From IMG/VR virus record IMGVR_UViG_3300012942_000100, positions 1-32,047 of that record: 32,047 nucleotides of DNA. The stretch is one strand, 5' to 3'. Below the pieces are notes generated by a model. It was not told the origin of the DNA, made no database searches, and saw only the letters and a program-made list of their open reading frames with translations. The stretch is from a virus. Lineage: Duplodnaviria > Caudoviricetes. The first letter of the stretch is position 1. Every line of letters starts with the position of its first letter. Position numbers and translations under genes: made by a program. Of this stretch, positions 1 to 9,334 are shown one piece after another.

Positions 1-410
1 AGCGGGTCGATGCTGGTGATGATGACCTTCCACACCCACACGTACTGGCCAGCAGCCGGGGCAGTGTCGTGCGGCATGCCGTCCCGACGCCAGATGTAGA
101 CGACGTCACCGATGGTGAGACCGGTGAGCAGGTCGTCGTCCCCCTGGCCCGTGGTCTTGATGACCAGATCGTCGATGCTGTGGGTCGTGCTGCCAGGCAG
201 CGTCTCGCTGGCCGGGTCGCACAGCCAGTCGACGGTGTCGCTGTCGGTCTTGCTGGTGCCATTGAAGGTCTGGATGGAGCAGTCCAGCCCGATGCCCGTA
301 GTGAGCTCGGCCAGGGTCGGGTTCTCCAGGTCTGCGACGGCAGGCGCAACGCCAACCGCGACGTTCCCTCGGTTGATCTGCGTCGAGGGGTTCCACTGAG
401 TGAGCGGCAT
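1..410 (-). CDS. Major tail (tube) protein, 3' end outside the window
   Basis: ATG at 410 after AAGGAAC RBS; manual translation MPLTQWNPSTQINRGNVAVGVAPAVADLENPTLAELTTGIGLDCSI...VYIWRRDG...VWVWKV is open to the window edge; follows the head-tail connector genes; not in ORF track. Confidence 0.8.
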   Translation of the reverse strand, partial: MPLTQWNPSTQINRGNVAVGVAPAVADLENPTLAELTTGIGLDCSIQTFNGTSKTDSDTVDWLCDPASETLPGSTTHSIDDLVIKTTGQGDDDLLTGLTIGDVVYIWRRDGMPHDTAPAAGQYVWVWKVIITSIDP

Positions 411-421
411 GATGTTCCTTT

Positions 422-709
422 CTACTTGCCCTCGGTGTCAGCGGGTGCCGACCCCTCGGTTGCGGGAGCAGCACCCGTGGCGGGCTGCTCAGTCGTGGGC
501 GCAGACTCCTCAGGAGCATGCGGCGAGTGCTTGGGCTGTTCGAGCTCAGCCGGAGTCAGCGACTTGCGTGCCTTGGGCTGGAAGCCACGAACAGTCTCGT
601 GGGGAAGGAGATCACGCACGAACGTGTGGATCTTCTCGTTGAAATTGTGGAGCGAGATGGCGTACCGAACGCCACTATCCTTGTGGTCAACAACGATGCC
701 CTTGGACAT
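422..709 (-). CDS. Hypothetical virion-operon protein with Pro/Ala/Glu-rich tail
   Basis: 95-aa ORF, TGATG-coupled to the upstream gene, GGAGG RBS. Confidence 0.7.
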   Translation of the reverse strand: MSKGIVVDHKDSGVRYAISLHNFNEKIHTFVRDLLPHETVRGFQPKARKSLTPAELEQPKHSPHAPEESAPTTEQPATGAAPATEGSAPADTEGK

Positions 710-1059
710 CAGATACCTCCTTGATTGAGTTGGACGGTCACTTGTGATTCGTAGTGGCCTTCGACCGGGGCACCGGAGTAGCCCATGGACGTGCTGAGCG
801 TGGTGCCACCTACGCGCTTGCCCTGCAAGTCACGCATGACCTCCAGAGCTAGGTTGAAGCTCGCCTCTACACTGGCACCACAGCAGTAGAGAGAGAACTG
901 AGCATCCAAGTCGATGACGATACCAGCGACAGAGTTGTCTGTCTCGTTGAACACTAGAGGACGATGCACCACGTAGGGCAGTTGCGCACTGGTGGGCGCG
1001 TAGCCCATGTAGCTAGGCGCGGCCTGCACCAGATCGTTGATGTCGTTGTAGATGCTCAC
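709..1059 (-). CDS. Tail terminator-like protein
   Basis: 116 aa, LPYVV motif typical of tail-completion proteins; synteny. Confidence 0.65.
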   Translation of the reverse strand: MSIYNDINDLVQAAPSYMGYAPTSAQLPYVVHRPLVFNETDNSVAGIVIDLDAQFSLYCCGASVEASFNLALEVMRDLQGKRVGGTTLSTSMGYSGAPVEGHYESQVTVQLNQGGI

Positions 1060-1400
1060 AGCCCCAAGTCCTCCGCAGTGAAGAAGTCCTTGGCTTCGTC
1101 ATTCATGTGACGTGCTGCCTTGACGTGGAAGGGTCGGGCAGCCATCCGGCTCGTTCCCAGGGCTACGTAGGGTGCGTAGTTGGTAGTGGGGCCGATCAGA
1201 TACTCATCCTTGCCCTGTTTGTCAGCCTGAGTGCTGTTGAGCATAGTGCCGGTGTCCACCGCGTGGTAGTCCTGAATGGCTTCCTTCTCGTAGCCAACCC
1301 CAGCCTGCACGAACGTGTTGAGCTTCTTCTCGATGACGGGATCCATCTTGTCACTGGCAGCGTCAAAGCGGGCACCGAGTTGCTTCATCGTGATGCTCAT
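1056..1400 (-). CDS. HK97 gp10-like neck protein
   Basis: VDTGTMLNS and YAPYVALGTSRMAARPF motifs. Confidence 0.8.
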   Translation of the reverse strand: MSITMKQLGARFDAASDKMDPVIEKKLNTFVQAGVGYEKEAIQDYHAVDTGTMLNSTQADKQGKDEYLIGPTTNYAPYVALGTSRMAARPFHVKAARHMNDEAKDFFTAEDLGL

Positions 1401-1807
1401 GCCATGTCTCCCTTTCCCTGCTGCTGCACCTGGTCCCAGTCACTAGCGACTGCCTTGCGCAGCATGGCCAGCCCGTTGAGGCTAACCTTGTCAATGAGGA
1501 GAGTCTTGCCGACCAGCTCGGGCTCAGCCTGGCAGGCGATGACCTTGACTGCCATTCCCTTGCTGATGGTCGTGCCCTTAGCCACCTTGATGCTGTAGGT
1601 GTTCTCCACCTGGCTTTCAACGGCGTTGTTGAGCGTGGTGGTCTGCACCAGGCCGATTACTGGCTGTCCCACAGCAATGAGAGGGCGAGTGACGTTGATG
1701 CCCGTGGTGACAGGCTCACCAACAGTGTAGAGCTGCACGGTATCCACCAGTGTGGCCAGAGTGAGCACGCGACTTGCCTCAGTCAACGTCTGTGTCGACA
1801 TTGTCAT
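1397..1807 (-). CDS. Head-to-tail stopper-like protein (start 1807 or 1801)
   Basis: ORF size and position between adaptor and gp10-like genes; GGGAG upstream of ATG 1807. Confidence 0.55.
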   Translation of the reverse strand: MTMSTQTLTEASRVLTLATLVDTVQLYTVGEPVTTGINVTRPLIAVGQPVIGLVQTTTLNNAVESQVENTYSIKVAKGTTISKGMAVKVIACQAEPELVGKTLLIDKVSLNGLAMLRKAVASDWDQVQQQGKGDMA

Positions 1808-2207
1808 AGTACTCACTCCCATCGTCGTTGTGCATGTCCACTCGGACAATGCGTCGGCTGTCAGGGATTATGACCTCGGTGAGCACGGCCTGCTGCCGCA
1901 CACCAAGGATCAGGCTCATGCTGCCATAGTAGGTCAGTAGCTGCTGCCAGTTGGGAGCGTCAACAGCGACGCTAGTGCCCTCACTGGAGCTTTGCCGCAC
2001 TACTGGCTGAGCCATAAGAAAGCCGATAAGCCGTGTGGCAGCGAAGTAGATGTCGTACGTGGTCTGATAACCATCACTGCCGGGCCACACGTTGTTCACG
2101 TCTGGGATGAGCGCCGCGTTGAGCGCGTCCTGCTTCATCGTGTCGGTGAGCAGAGGAGCGTTGGGCAGGCTGACCACGAGTGCGGTCAGGTCATCCAGTG
2201 CAGTCAT
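1779..2207 (-). CDS. Head-to-tail adaptor-like protein
   Basis: 142 aa, AAGGAGG RBS, YDIYFAA motif, two genes after the major capsid gene. Confidence 0.6.
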   Translation of the reverse strand: MTALDDLTALVVSLPNAPLLTDTMKQDALNAALIPDVNNVWPGSDGYQTTYDIYFAATRLIGFLMAQPVVRQSSSEGTSVAVDAPNWQQLLTYYGSMSLILGVRQQAVLTEVIIPDSRRIVRVDMHNDDGSEYYDNVDTDVD

Positions 2208-2228
2208 GTCATCCTCCTTTAGCGCAGT

Positions 2229-2261
2229 TGAGGGGCAGGCAGACCCGCTACCTGCCCCTCA
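2229..2261 (-). terminator. GC-rich hairpin after the capsid genes (terminator or stabiliser; no U-tract)
   Basis: TGAGGGGCAGG (2229-2239) pairs with CCTGCCCCTCA (2251-2261). Confidence 0.5.
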
Positions 2262-2277
2262 TCACTTGTTGGCTGCC

Positions 2278-2595
2278 TCAGCTCGAGATGGCCTCGGACT
2301 GGGACTCGGAACCGGACGAGCTGGCCGACTCGCTTGCGATCACCGGAGCCTGGGACTCCGACTGTGAGACCGACTCGCTCGTGCTGGTAGAGTCAGAAAC
2401 CGAAGCGGACTCCGACTCCTGCACGACCGGCGCTGCCGACTCTGACTCGACCACTGGCAGGCCAGCCTCGCTGTAGAAGGCGTTCTTGGCGGCGAGGGCG
2501 TCGGCCTGCTCCTTGGCGACTGCGTCCACAGCCTTGGCCTTGGCAGCAGCGCGCTCAGCGTCCCAGTCCTTCTGGAGAACTCGCGTGACCGCCAT
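2278..2595 (-). CDS. Ser/Glu-rich low-complexity protein, possibly capsid-associated
   Basis: 105 aa directly after the major capsid gene; SX dipeptide-rich C-terminal half. Confidence 0.7.
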   Translation of the reverse strand: MAVTRVLQKDWDAERAAAKAKAVDAVAKEQADALAAKNAFYSEAGLPVVESESAAPVVQESESASVSDSTSTSESVSQSESQAPVIASESASSSGSESQSEAISS

Positions 2596-2597
2596 GA

Positions 2598-3542
2598 TCA
2601 GGCCCCTTCCGGAGCAGCCGGGGTGATGACCGCGAACGGGAAGTCCGTGGTCGCACCACCAGCGGTGCTGTACGCGTTGGCGTAGGCGACCCGGAACTTG
2701 AAGCGCAGGGCCACCATGTCGCGCTCGGCGAGGTTGATCTGGTTGGCACCCGTGCCGAGCGTCGCCTGGTCCAGCAGCTTGACCTGGACATCCTGGCGGA
2801 TGCCGAGCACTGCCTTGCTGCTGTCGCCGACGAGAGCCAGAGCCGTGGTCTTGTCCCAGCTACGGTTGGCCACGTAGCGCAGGTCCTGGCCGTAGATGCT
2901 GCTGGTGTCGCCGTCGCTGCGAAGCGCGTCCAGGTAGATGGGCTGGTTGTTCTCGTCGCGCAGGCCTCGCAGCTCACGACGCAGGAACCGACCGGTCCAG
3001 ACCGAGTTGACGTCGAACTCGTCGTCCTCCACCATGGCGAAGGCTTCATTGAAGTCCTCGGCCAGGTCGACGCCCGTGCCCTCCGCCACAGCGTTGCTGG
3101 CAGCGATGGCACCCGGAACGAGAGCCGGGTCCGTCCAGGTCGCGGGCTTGTTGACGCCGAAGAAGACAGCGGCGTCCAGCACGCGGCCGAACTCCTGCGC
3201 CACCAGAGGCTGGATCTCGCCCCAGATGTCGAAGTCACTGTCGTCGAGCGTGTTCTCGTGGATCGGCACGATGACTGCGAGCTCCTCGGCGACGAGCTGC
3301 TTGTTGCCCCAGTTGACCTTGCTGGTGGGCTTGACGTCGGTGGCCACGGTAGCACCCGAGTCGGTGACGAACCCTGCCGTCGGCAGAGCAGCGAGCACCG
3401 GCATCTGGGCCACACCCTTGCTCATCGTGATGGTGCGGAAGCTGGCGAGAGCCGCCGACTGAGCGACATCCGGCTTGATGATGTCGTTGATGTACTGGGT
3501 CGCGAGCAGAGACAGTGCATCGGCCCGTGTGATGTCAGCCAT
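2598..3542 (-). CDS. Major capsid protein (HK97 fold)
   Basis: 314 aa; AEELAVIVPIHENTLDDS, LDAAVFFG and NLAERDMVALRFKFRVAY motifs; AGGAG RBS. Confidence 0.93.
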   Translation of the reverse strand: MADITRADALSLLATQYINDIIKPDVAQSAALASFRTITMSKGVAQMPVLAALPTAGFVTDSGATVATDVKPTSKVNWGNKQLVAEELAVIVPIHENTLDDSDFDIWGEIQPLVAQEFGRVLDAAVFFGVNKPATWTDPALVPGAIAASNAVAEGTGVDLAEDFNEAFAMVEDDEFDVNSVWTGRFLRRELRGLRDENNQPIYLDALRSDGDTSSIYGQDLRYVANRSWDKTTALALVGDSSKAVLGIRQDVQVKLLDQATLGTGANQINLAERDMVALRFKFRVAYANAYSTAGGATTDFPFAVITPAAPEGA

Positions 3543-3580
3543 TGGACTGACTCCTCTCTGGCCCGTAGGCCCTTAGATGG

Positions 3581-4147
3581 CTATTGCTTGGCACGTGCCG
3601 CACGGATCACATCGTTGAGGCTTGGCCTGCCCGCTTGCGTCCCTGCTGCCGTGCTGCTGAGCGCCGTGTGTGTGGCCGTGGGGTTAGCCTGCGACCACCG
3701 CTTGACGATGTCAGCTACGTCCTCGTCCGACTCGAACAGCGCCTTGGTGAAGCTACGCGAGTCGAGTGCCTTGCCGAGCGTCCCGCCTGCTGCCTGCACG
3801 AATGCCTCCAGCCTGTCGTACCGAGCCTGGACTGCGTCCGTCATCTCGGCCTTGGGCCTGAGGTCCGCGACCTCGGCTTCCAGCGTGGTGATGCGACCCT
3901 TGGCTGCACGGGTCTCGTTGCGCGACTTGTTGAGGTCTGCGAGGAGAGACTGGTGCTTGGGGTCGGGCTTGGACGGGTTGTCCTTGCCCTTGTCATCACC
4001 TTTGTCGTCGGTGGGCTGCTGATCCGTGCCTTCCTGACCCGACGTCTCGTCGGTGGCCTGGCCTTGCGGATCTTGCGTGCCGTCCTGGGGGTCCGTCTCG
4101 GTGCCCTCAGTCCCCGAATCACTCGGAGTTCCAGCTGTGGTAGCCAT
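3581..4147 (-). CDS. Scaffolding protein
   Basis: Acidic disordered N-terminus, coiled coil, C-terminal SLNDVIRAA helix; precedes the major capsid gene. Confidence 0.8.
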   Translation of the reverse strand: MATTAGTPSDSGTEGTETDPQDGTQDPQGQATDETSGQEGTDQQPTDDKGDDKGKDNPSKPDPKHQSLLADLNKSRNETRAAKGRITTLEAEVADLRPKAEMTDAVQARYDRLEAFVQAAGGTLGKALDSRSFTKALFESDEDVADIVKRWSQANPTATHTALSSTAAGTQAGRPSLNDVIRAARAKQ

Positions 4148-4165
4148 CTCGGCTTCCTTTCGTGT

Positions 4166-4194
4166 AGTTTAGCGTAGCAGCGCCCGCAAAGCAA
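4166..4194 (-). promoter_or_regulatory. Sigma70-type promoter for scaffold/capsid genes
   Basis: TTGCTT-N17-TAAACT on the minus strand just upstream of the AAAGGAAG RBS. Confidence 0.6.
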
Positions 4195-4229
4195 GCACTT
4201 TATGGTCCCTAGCGTGTCGCCTAGCAGAA

Positions 4230-4910
4230 CTAGGACTGTAGAGCCAGGCCTTCCTCCTTGGAAGTCAGTTGCTGAGCCCAGTTTGGGTCCCAGAAGATGT
4301 CGCCCTCAGCGTTGACGCTACCCTTGTACTCCACCTGCTTGATGAGCGTGGGCTTAGGGGTGCAACGGCCATTGGGGTGATCCCGCAGGTCAGGGCTAGC
4401 CATCACCATACCGTCACGCTGGAGACACCACGGGCAGGTGCGTGGGCTGTGCTCTGTGCCCCACACCATGACCAGGTCTGGCAGGTCAGCTATGCTGTCC
4501 CAAGCGTTCTTCCAGTAGGCGGAGACAGTCTCGGTGCGAGCACGTAGCGTAAGCCGGCGAAAGTTGGTGTCCAGGCCAGCATTGAGCATCTGCCGGGCCA
4601 CATCAGTCGCCTGGAGACCCGCCGCGATTCCTGCCTGGATTGCCGCCTGCTGCATGGCGTCATAGATGGTGCCGAAGTGCGGGCTCAGTGGCAGCAGCGT
4701 AGGCGCTGGGAAGTTGCTCTCACCCCACACACCACGAGCAGCGATAGCGCCACCCAACTGCTGGATGAGCGCCTCACTGCTCTGCTGGAACACCGTGAGG
4801 TACGCTGCCAGGTCGTTCTGATGATCAGGTAGCGCAGCCAGCCACTGGAGGTACAGCTTGCGCAGCTCAACCTCCAGCTTATTGGTCGGCACCTGATTCG
4901 TGACAGACAC
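4230..4910 (-). CDS. MuF-like minor capsid / head morphogenesis protein
   Basis: RARTET, RTCPWCLQRDG and HPNGRC motifs of the Phage_Mu_F family. Confidence 0.85.
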   Translation of the reverse strand: MSVTNQVPTNKLEVELRKLYLQWLAALPDHQNDLAAYLTVFQQSSEALIQQLGGAIAARGVWGESNFPAPTLLPLSPHFGTIYDAMQQAAIQAGIAAGLQATDVARQMLNAGLDTNFRRLTLRARTETVSAYWKNAWDSIADLPDLVMVWGTEHSPRTCPWCLQRDGMVMASPDLRDHPNGRCTPKPTLIKQVEYKGSVNAEGDIFWDPNWAQQLTSKEEGLALQS

Positions 4911-4913
4911 GTG

Positions 4914-6293
4914 CTACGCCTTCGCCTTCTGTCCAGGGTTAGCAGCGTAGGCCGCAACCTGGCCGGGCGTCGGCGTAAGGCCCTGCTGACCGGTGGCCGT
5001 CATGTCGGTGGGCTGGCCGACAGGCGGAGTTGCAGGCAAGCCGCCAGGCTCCGGCTCCGCGTAGTCGTCCAGGTCCACGCCGGGCGTGACCACGCTGGCG
5101 ATGTACTCCAGCGGATAGCCCATCTGGCTGAGGGCGATGCCGTGTGCGTCGAGAGCGTCCTGCAACAGGTCGTCGCTGGTGTTCCACAGCTCGTAGTCCT
5201 TGGGCTCGCCTTTGACTTCCAACGTCTTCTCTACGCCAAGCAGTGTGGCGAGCTCCTTCATCACAGGCTCCAGGTCGTCACGGATACGCGCAATGCGGTT
5301 GTTGAATCTCTTGCTGAGCACCTTCAGGGCCACACCAGTCGGCGGTGCGCCAGCGCCGGGCTTGAAGTAGAACTGAGGGATGCCGCTGGTCTGGCTGACC
5401 TTGTCGTTGACGCTGTCGTGGTAGGCGATCATGTCCGCGATGGTCGGCGGGTCAAGCTGGCCGAACGGTCCCTCACTGTTGCTGGTGAAGATGCGACTAG
5501 CGCCGCCACCAGCGTTCTTCTGCAGCTTGAGTTCGCCCGTGTCTGGCTGCTGGCTAGCAGGCAAGTACGGGTTGGCTACCGGAACCTCGACGTTCAGCAG
5601 ATACCAGAACGGGCGTGCGTACATCTCCTCGACGATGGTCTGGTCCAGGATGCTATGGTTGATCCTGTCCTGCAGAGCGGCCAGGCTCGCACCCATGCCC
5701 TTGTCGTCCAGAGCGAAGCGGAACAGCGTGTTGCCGGTCTGCTCCTCAACGAACACATAGCCCTGACGGTTGGCCGCAGCGAAGTCAGTAGGCACAGCTT
5801 TCTGGAACAGGCGAGTGCGACCGTCACTGTAGGCAAACGTGACGTAGTCCTGCATGGTCTCCAGGCTACGAGTGAAGATGGCGGCCACGGTGTACTTGCC
5901 ATCGCTCATCATCTCGTAGTGTTCGGGAAAGTGAGGAGTGCCAGCGGAGTCCACCACCACTGGACACTCCCCACGACTGAGCAAGGGCACCAGCACGTTG
6001 CTGAACCCTCGCAGCTCATCAGGCAGGGGCACCAGGTTCTCAGCGTACAGGTCGATGACGGCCTTGTAGATGTTCTCGCTGGTGGTCATTTCCGCCATGT
6101 CTGGAAACTCTTCGGCGATGTACTTTTCCCAGCTCTTGCCGTAGATGGCGTACGACATCTTGCCGTCGTAGTAGCTGGTGTACGTCTTGGTGTTGCGCAA
6201 CAGCAGCTGTGACTCAATCGGTGCCATGCTGCCTTCCGCCACCTGGCTAGCCACACGTGTGGCCGTGCTGCTGGTGTTGATGACCATGCTCAT
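4914..6293 (-). CDS. Portal protein
   Basis: 459 aa between terminase and MuF genes; SGIPQFYF...PTGVALK motif as in SPP1 gp6-like portals. Confidence 0.88.
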   Translation of the reverse strand: MSMVINTSSTATRVASQVAEGSMAPIESQLLLRNTKTYTSYYDGKMSYAIYGKSWEKYIAEEFPDMAEMTTSENIYKAVIDLYAENLVPLPDELRGFSNVLVPLLSRGECPVVVDSAGTPHFPEHYEMMSDGKYTVAAIFTRSLETMQDYVTFAYSDGRTRLFQKAVPTDFAAANRQGYVFVEEQTGNTLFRFALDDKGMGASLAALQDRINHSILDQTIVEEMYARPFWYLLNVEVPVANPYLPASQQPDTGELKLQKNAGGGASRIFTSNSEGPFGQLDPPTIADMIAYHDSVNDKVSQTSGIPQFYFKPGAGAPPTGVALKVLSKRFNNRIARIRDDLEPVMKELATLLGVEKTLEVKGEPKDYELWNTSDDLLQDALDAHGIALSQMGYPLEYIASVVTPGVDLDDYAEPEPGGLPATPPVGQPTDMTATGQQGLTPTPGQVAAYAANPGQKAKA

Positions 6294-6445
6294 GAGCTAG
6301 CCTCCTCGGGGTATACTGTGAGTCCGGTGTCGTCGTCTTTGATGTAGCCACTGTTGGCGTCGGCGTACTGCTGCATGTTGAGGCTGACCATGCTGTCACC
6401 GCTGAGCGGCTTGCCGGTGGAGTCGTACACGGTGTAGGTCATCAT
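6290..6445 (-). CDS. 51-aa hypothetical protein (not in ORF track)
   Basis: MMTYTVYDSTGKPLSGDSMV...VYPEEASS; TGATG overlap with terminase and ATGA overlap with portal. Confidence 0.65.
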   Translation of the reverse strand: MMTYTVYDSTGKPLSGDSMVSLNMQQYADANSGYIKDDDTGLTVYPEEASS

Positions 6446-7836
6446 CAGCCCTTCATCTGGAAGTAGTCGGCACGGCCATTGTTGACGGCCTGGGTGAATG
6501 CGTCCACATCATCGTCGTGTGGACCGAACGGGAAGTCACGGAACTCCTGGAACATGCTCTCGTCGTACACGGTGTCCAGCACGGCGACGTTGCCTTCATC
6601 CACCAGCGGCTGAGCGGCCAGGGCTCGCACTTCCTTGCTACCCTGAGGCGTGACCGGCTTGATGAGGTTGGCTCGCTTGCGTAGCGTGTTGAGCAGTGCA
6701 GCGCCATTGGCAGCCCGCTCCACGTAGATGCGGCTCGTCTGTGGCCAGCGTGCCGACATCTTGAGAACCTCGGTCACTGTCTCGGTGAAGGTGAGCCGTG
6801 CATGCACGCGATCCACGAGCACCCACTTGTGACCGATGACAGCGTACACGTGCCCAGCTACGTAGTCGCCGGTGGACTTGCGCTTGCCATTCTGCGTGCT
6901 GCCGAACGTGAGATCCCAGCTCTGGATGACGAGTGCGCGGTCGAGTGTGGCCATCTGTCCGCGGTCGGTAGCGTAGACGACCTGCTCCCACGGGATGACG
7001 TCGAACTTGTCCACGTTGAGATAGCTGCCCCCAGTCACCTGTGGGTCACCTTGGTACAGTGCCTGCCATACGTACGTACCCACGGCTCGCTTGATGAGCT
7101 GCCATGACTTTGCACTACGGTTCTGCACTGAGGGCAGCCAGTCACCGACGGCACGACCAAGGATATCATCCTTGTGTGTGGCCTGAGCGGGGACATTCAC
7201 GTACTTGGCCGCGAGCACGTCGGGCTTCTGCACGTGAGCAATGAGATCATCCTTGTGCCACCGTGTAGCGATGACGATGATCTGGCTTAGGGAGGACATA
7301 CGAGTCATGACAACCGAGCTGAACCACTCAACCGTCTGCTCACGGATTAGCTCGCTCTGGGCCTCCGTCATGTCCTTGATGGGGTCGTCAATGACCGTCA
7401 TGTCACTACGGAAGCCCGTCATGGCGCTACCACGACCAGCGGCTAGCAATCCACCGCCTTCTTCAGTCTCCCACAGTTGGACGTTATTGCTACCTGACTT
7501 TAGTGGAGTCCACGCTGCTACCATTGCGCGGATCTGCCGGCTGACCGCGTTCGCACGTGCCTGGCTGTACGTAGCGTAGACAACACGGATCCACGGATTG
7601 CGAATCAGCTGCCAAGCGATGTAGTGGACAATCCAAGTAGTCTTGCCTTCCTGAGGCGGAGTTGAGTAGGCCACACAGCCCAGAGACGTGTTCAACGCGT
7701 CAGGATCCATCGTGTCAAAGAGCACGTTTGTGAGCGCCGATTGACGAATTCCCTGTGACTTGCAGAACACGTGGAAGTCTTCGCTGACTTGAGTGTACGT
7801 GTACGGCGTCATGTCGTCGGTGGCGAGTATGCTCAC
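6445..7836 (-). CDS. terL: Terminase large subunit
   Basis: PPQEGKTT Walker A, VIDDP Walker B, TRWHKDDL, nuclease SWDL and HDDDVDAFTQA motifs. Confidence 0.95.
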   Translation of the reverse strand: MSILATDDMTPYTYTQVSEDFHVFCKSQGIRQSALTNVLFDTMDPDALNTSLGCVAYSTPPQEGKTTWIVHYIAWQLIRNPWIRVVYATYSQARANAVSRQIRAMVAAWTPLKSGSNNVQLWETEEGGGLLAAGRGSAMTGFRSDMTVIDDPIKDMTEAQSELIREQTVEWFSSVVMTRMSSLSQIIVIATRWHKDDLIAHVQKPDVLAAKYVNVPAQATHKDDILGRAVGDWLPSVQNRSAKSWQLIKRAVGTYVWQALYQGDPQVTGGSYLNVDKFDVIPWEQVVYATDRGQMATLDRALVIQSWDLTFGSTQNGKRKSTGDYVAGHVYAVIGHKWVLVDRVHARLTFTETVTEVLKMSARWPQTSRIYVERAANGAALLNTLRKRANLIKPVTPQGSKEVRALAAQPLVDEGNVAVLDTVYDESMFQEFRDFPFGPHDDDVDAFTQAVNNGRADYFQMKG

Positions 7837-7982
7837 TTGGAACCTCGCATGAGACGCCAGAGCTCTCTCCAGACAGCTACGAACGGATTGATATGGTTTT
7901 CACACGGTTCACCACAGATGAGGCATCTCCAAGCCCAGTAATCGGGGCCAGGCTGAGCAGCGTGCTGAATGCGCTGATTCAT
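7833..7982 (-). CDS. 49-aa putative Zn-binding protein (not in ORF track)
   Basis: MNQRIQHAAQPGPDYWAWRCLICGEPCENHINPFVAVWRELWRLMRGSK; 4-bp overlaps with both neighbours. Confidence 0.6.
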   Translation of the reverse strand: MNQRIQHAAQPGPDYWAWRCLICGEPCENHINPFVAVWRELWRLMRGSK

Positions 7983-8623
7983 GACGCCTTCTTCGCTACC
8001 TCAAGGGCGACCTCGTCCACGCCGAGCCCGGGGAACGCCTTCATCAGGCGAGCAGTCTCACGAGCGGTCTGCAGACGAATGCGACGAGTGTCAACCTCGC
8101 CACCGCCACCAGTCACCTCTTGCAGCAGCTTGAGAATCTGCACAAGCTCCATCTCGGTCTTGTGCAGCTCCTGCACCCACACGCTGGTCATCGCCTTGCG
8201 CGTACGACTCTCTTGCGTGCCACTCTTGCTCTGGACCGTGCCCTCAATGTCATACTCGGTCACGCTTGACGACTCTGTCAACTGACCAATGTGGCGACTT
8301 ACCTCATCACCGCTGATCTTGATGCGGAGAGCGATGATGTCCGTCATCTTGTTGCGAGCGAGCTTGGTCAACTCATCTGCAACGGAGATGCTGCCAGCGT
8401 CAGTGCTAATACCCCACAGCGTAGCGGCACGCTCCCCAACGGCCGCACGCTTGCTAGCCCTGACGCTGGCAGCAGTAGCCCCACCATGACTGCTACACAC
8501 CGTGAGACCGGGAACAGCTGCCCGTGTACAGCGCTCACCGTCTTGCCGCAGGGCAGTGCAGCGACGCCGCTTGCCCCCAACACCACTATGGGCGCTAGGG
8601 GCTGGCGGCTGCACGGGGGACAT
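7979..8623 (-). CDS. HGGxSTG-type Cys/His protein, probable terminase small subunit
   Basis: RCTALRQDGERCTRAAVPGLTVCSSHGG motif; near terL; start 8623 inferred from a leaderless promoter. Confidence 0.7.
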   Translation of the reverse strand: MSPVQPPAPSAHSGVGGKRRRCTALRQDGERCTRAAVPGLTVCSSHGGATAASVRASKRAAVGERAATLWGISTDAGSISVADELTKLARNKMTDIIALRIKISGDEVSRHIGQLTESSSVTEYDIEGTVQSKSGTQESRTRKAMTSVWVQELHKTEMELVQILKLLQEVTGGGGEVDTRRIRLQTARETARLMKAFPGLGVDEVALEVAKKAS

Positions 8624-8630
8624 GCACCCA

Positions 8631-8660
8631 AGCATAGCATGGCTAGGCCGCTTAGGGCAA
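8631..8660 (-). promoter_or_regulatory. Promoter giving a leaderless transcript of the 8623 gene
   Basis: TTGCCC-N18-TATGCT with TGn extension, ending 7 nt before the ATG; no SD. Confidence 0.55.
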
Positions 8661-8710
8661 GCCCAGCGCGCTAAATGATCACTACGCCTACAGGCGCTAG
8701 GCCACACGCC

Positions 8711-9064
8711 TCATACGTGCTCGTTGTAGCCGCGCACGAGCGCCTTCTCCACCAGACGCTGCACCACGGTCCAGTCGGCAAGGCTGAGGGTGAGTGACTC
8801 CGTGTTGATGACCTCGTAGGCGATGTTGGGCACGTCACGCTGGAACCTGCCATAGACGCTCAGAGTGTCGCTGTCGGACTTCTCGGTCTCAGGACCTACG
8901 ACCTCATCCAGCACCTGGCCGATGGACTTGGGCTCACGATCATCAGCGTTGCGACCTAATCCACGCTCTACATCCTTGCGCATAGCTTCTTGGGCAAGCG
9001 TCAGACGATAGTCAGCTCCGCGCTCGGGCATCCCGGTCGGCTCGGTGTCGTATCCGGACATCAC
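8711..9064 (-). CDS. Hypothetical protein
   Basis: 117-aa ORF with GTGA overlap to the upstream gene. Confidence 0.65.
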   Translation of the reverse strand: MMSGYDTEPTGMPERGADYRLTLAQEAMRKDVERGLGRNADDREPKSIGQVLDEVVGPETEKSDSDTLSVYGRFQRDVPNIAYEVINTESLTLSLADWTVVQRLVEKALVRGYNEHV

Positions 9065-9303
9065 AGGTGCCAGTAGTGGTTCTTGGAGACCGAGTAGTAC
9101 ACCGTGGTGATGTACATCGTGATCGGCCCAACGATGAACAGGTTCAGCAGCAGACTGTGACCACGCTGCTGACGCACGTACGCTGCTCCGTCACGACCCT
9201 TGAGCTGACGATTGTTGTTGGCGAGTGCAGCAGCCAGATCATCGAGACTGACGTGCTGCTGAGCCGAGACGGGCGCTGCCATGGGTGCATTGTGCTTGGA
9301 CAT
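9061..9303 (-). CDS. Small membrane protein
   Basis: 80 aa, hydrophobic LLLNLFIVGPITMYITTVYY segment; AGGAG RBS. Confidence 0.7.
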   Translation of the reverse strand: MSKHNAPMAAPVSAQQHVSLDDLAAALANNNRQLKGRDGAAYVRQQRGHSLLLNLFIVGPITMYITTVYYSVSKNHYWHL

Positions 9304-9334
9304 TTGAGTGGACTCCTATGTTGTGAAAGTTGGA

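Noticed and set aside
2590-2610. Programmed frameshift or readthrough joining the major capsid to the Ser-rich protein
   Set aside because: No X-XXY-YYZ slippery site at the junction and the downstream ORF has its own ATG.
4911-6212. Long antisense ORFs (also 69-728, 26966-27844, 30576-31739)
   Set aside because: Shadow frames of GC-rich genes on the opposite strand, with no motifs or RBS.
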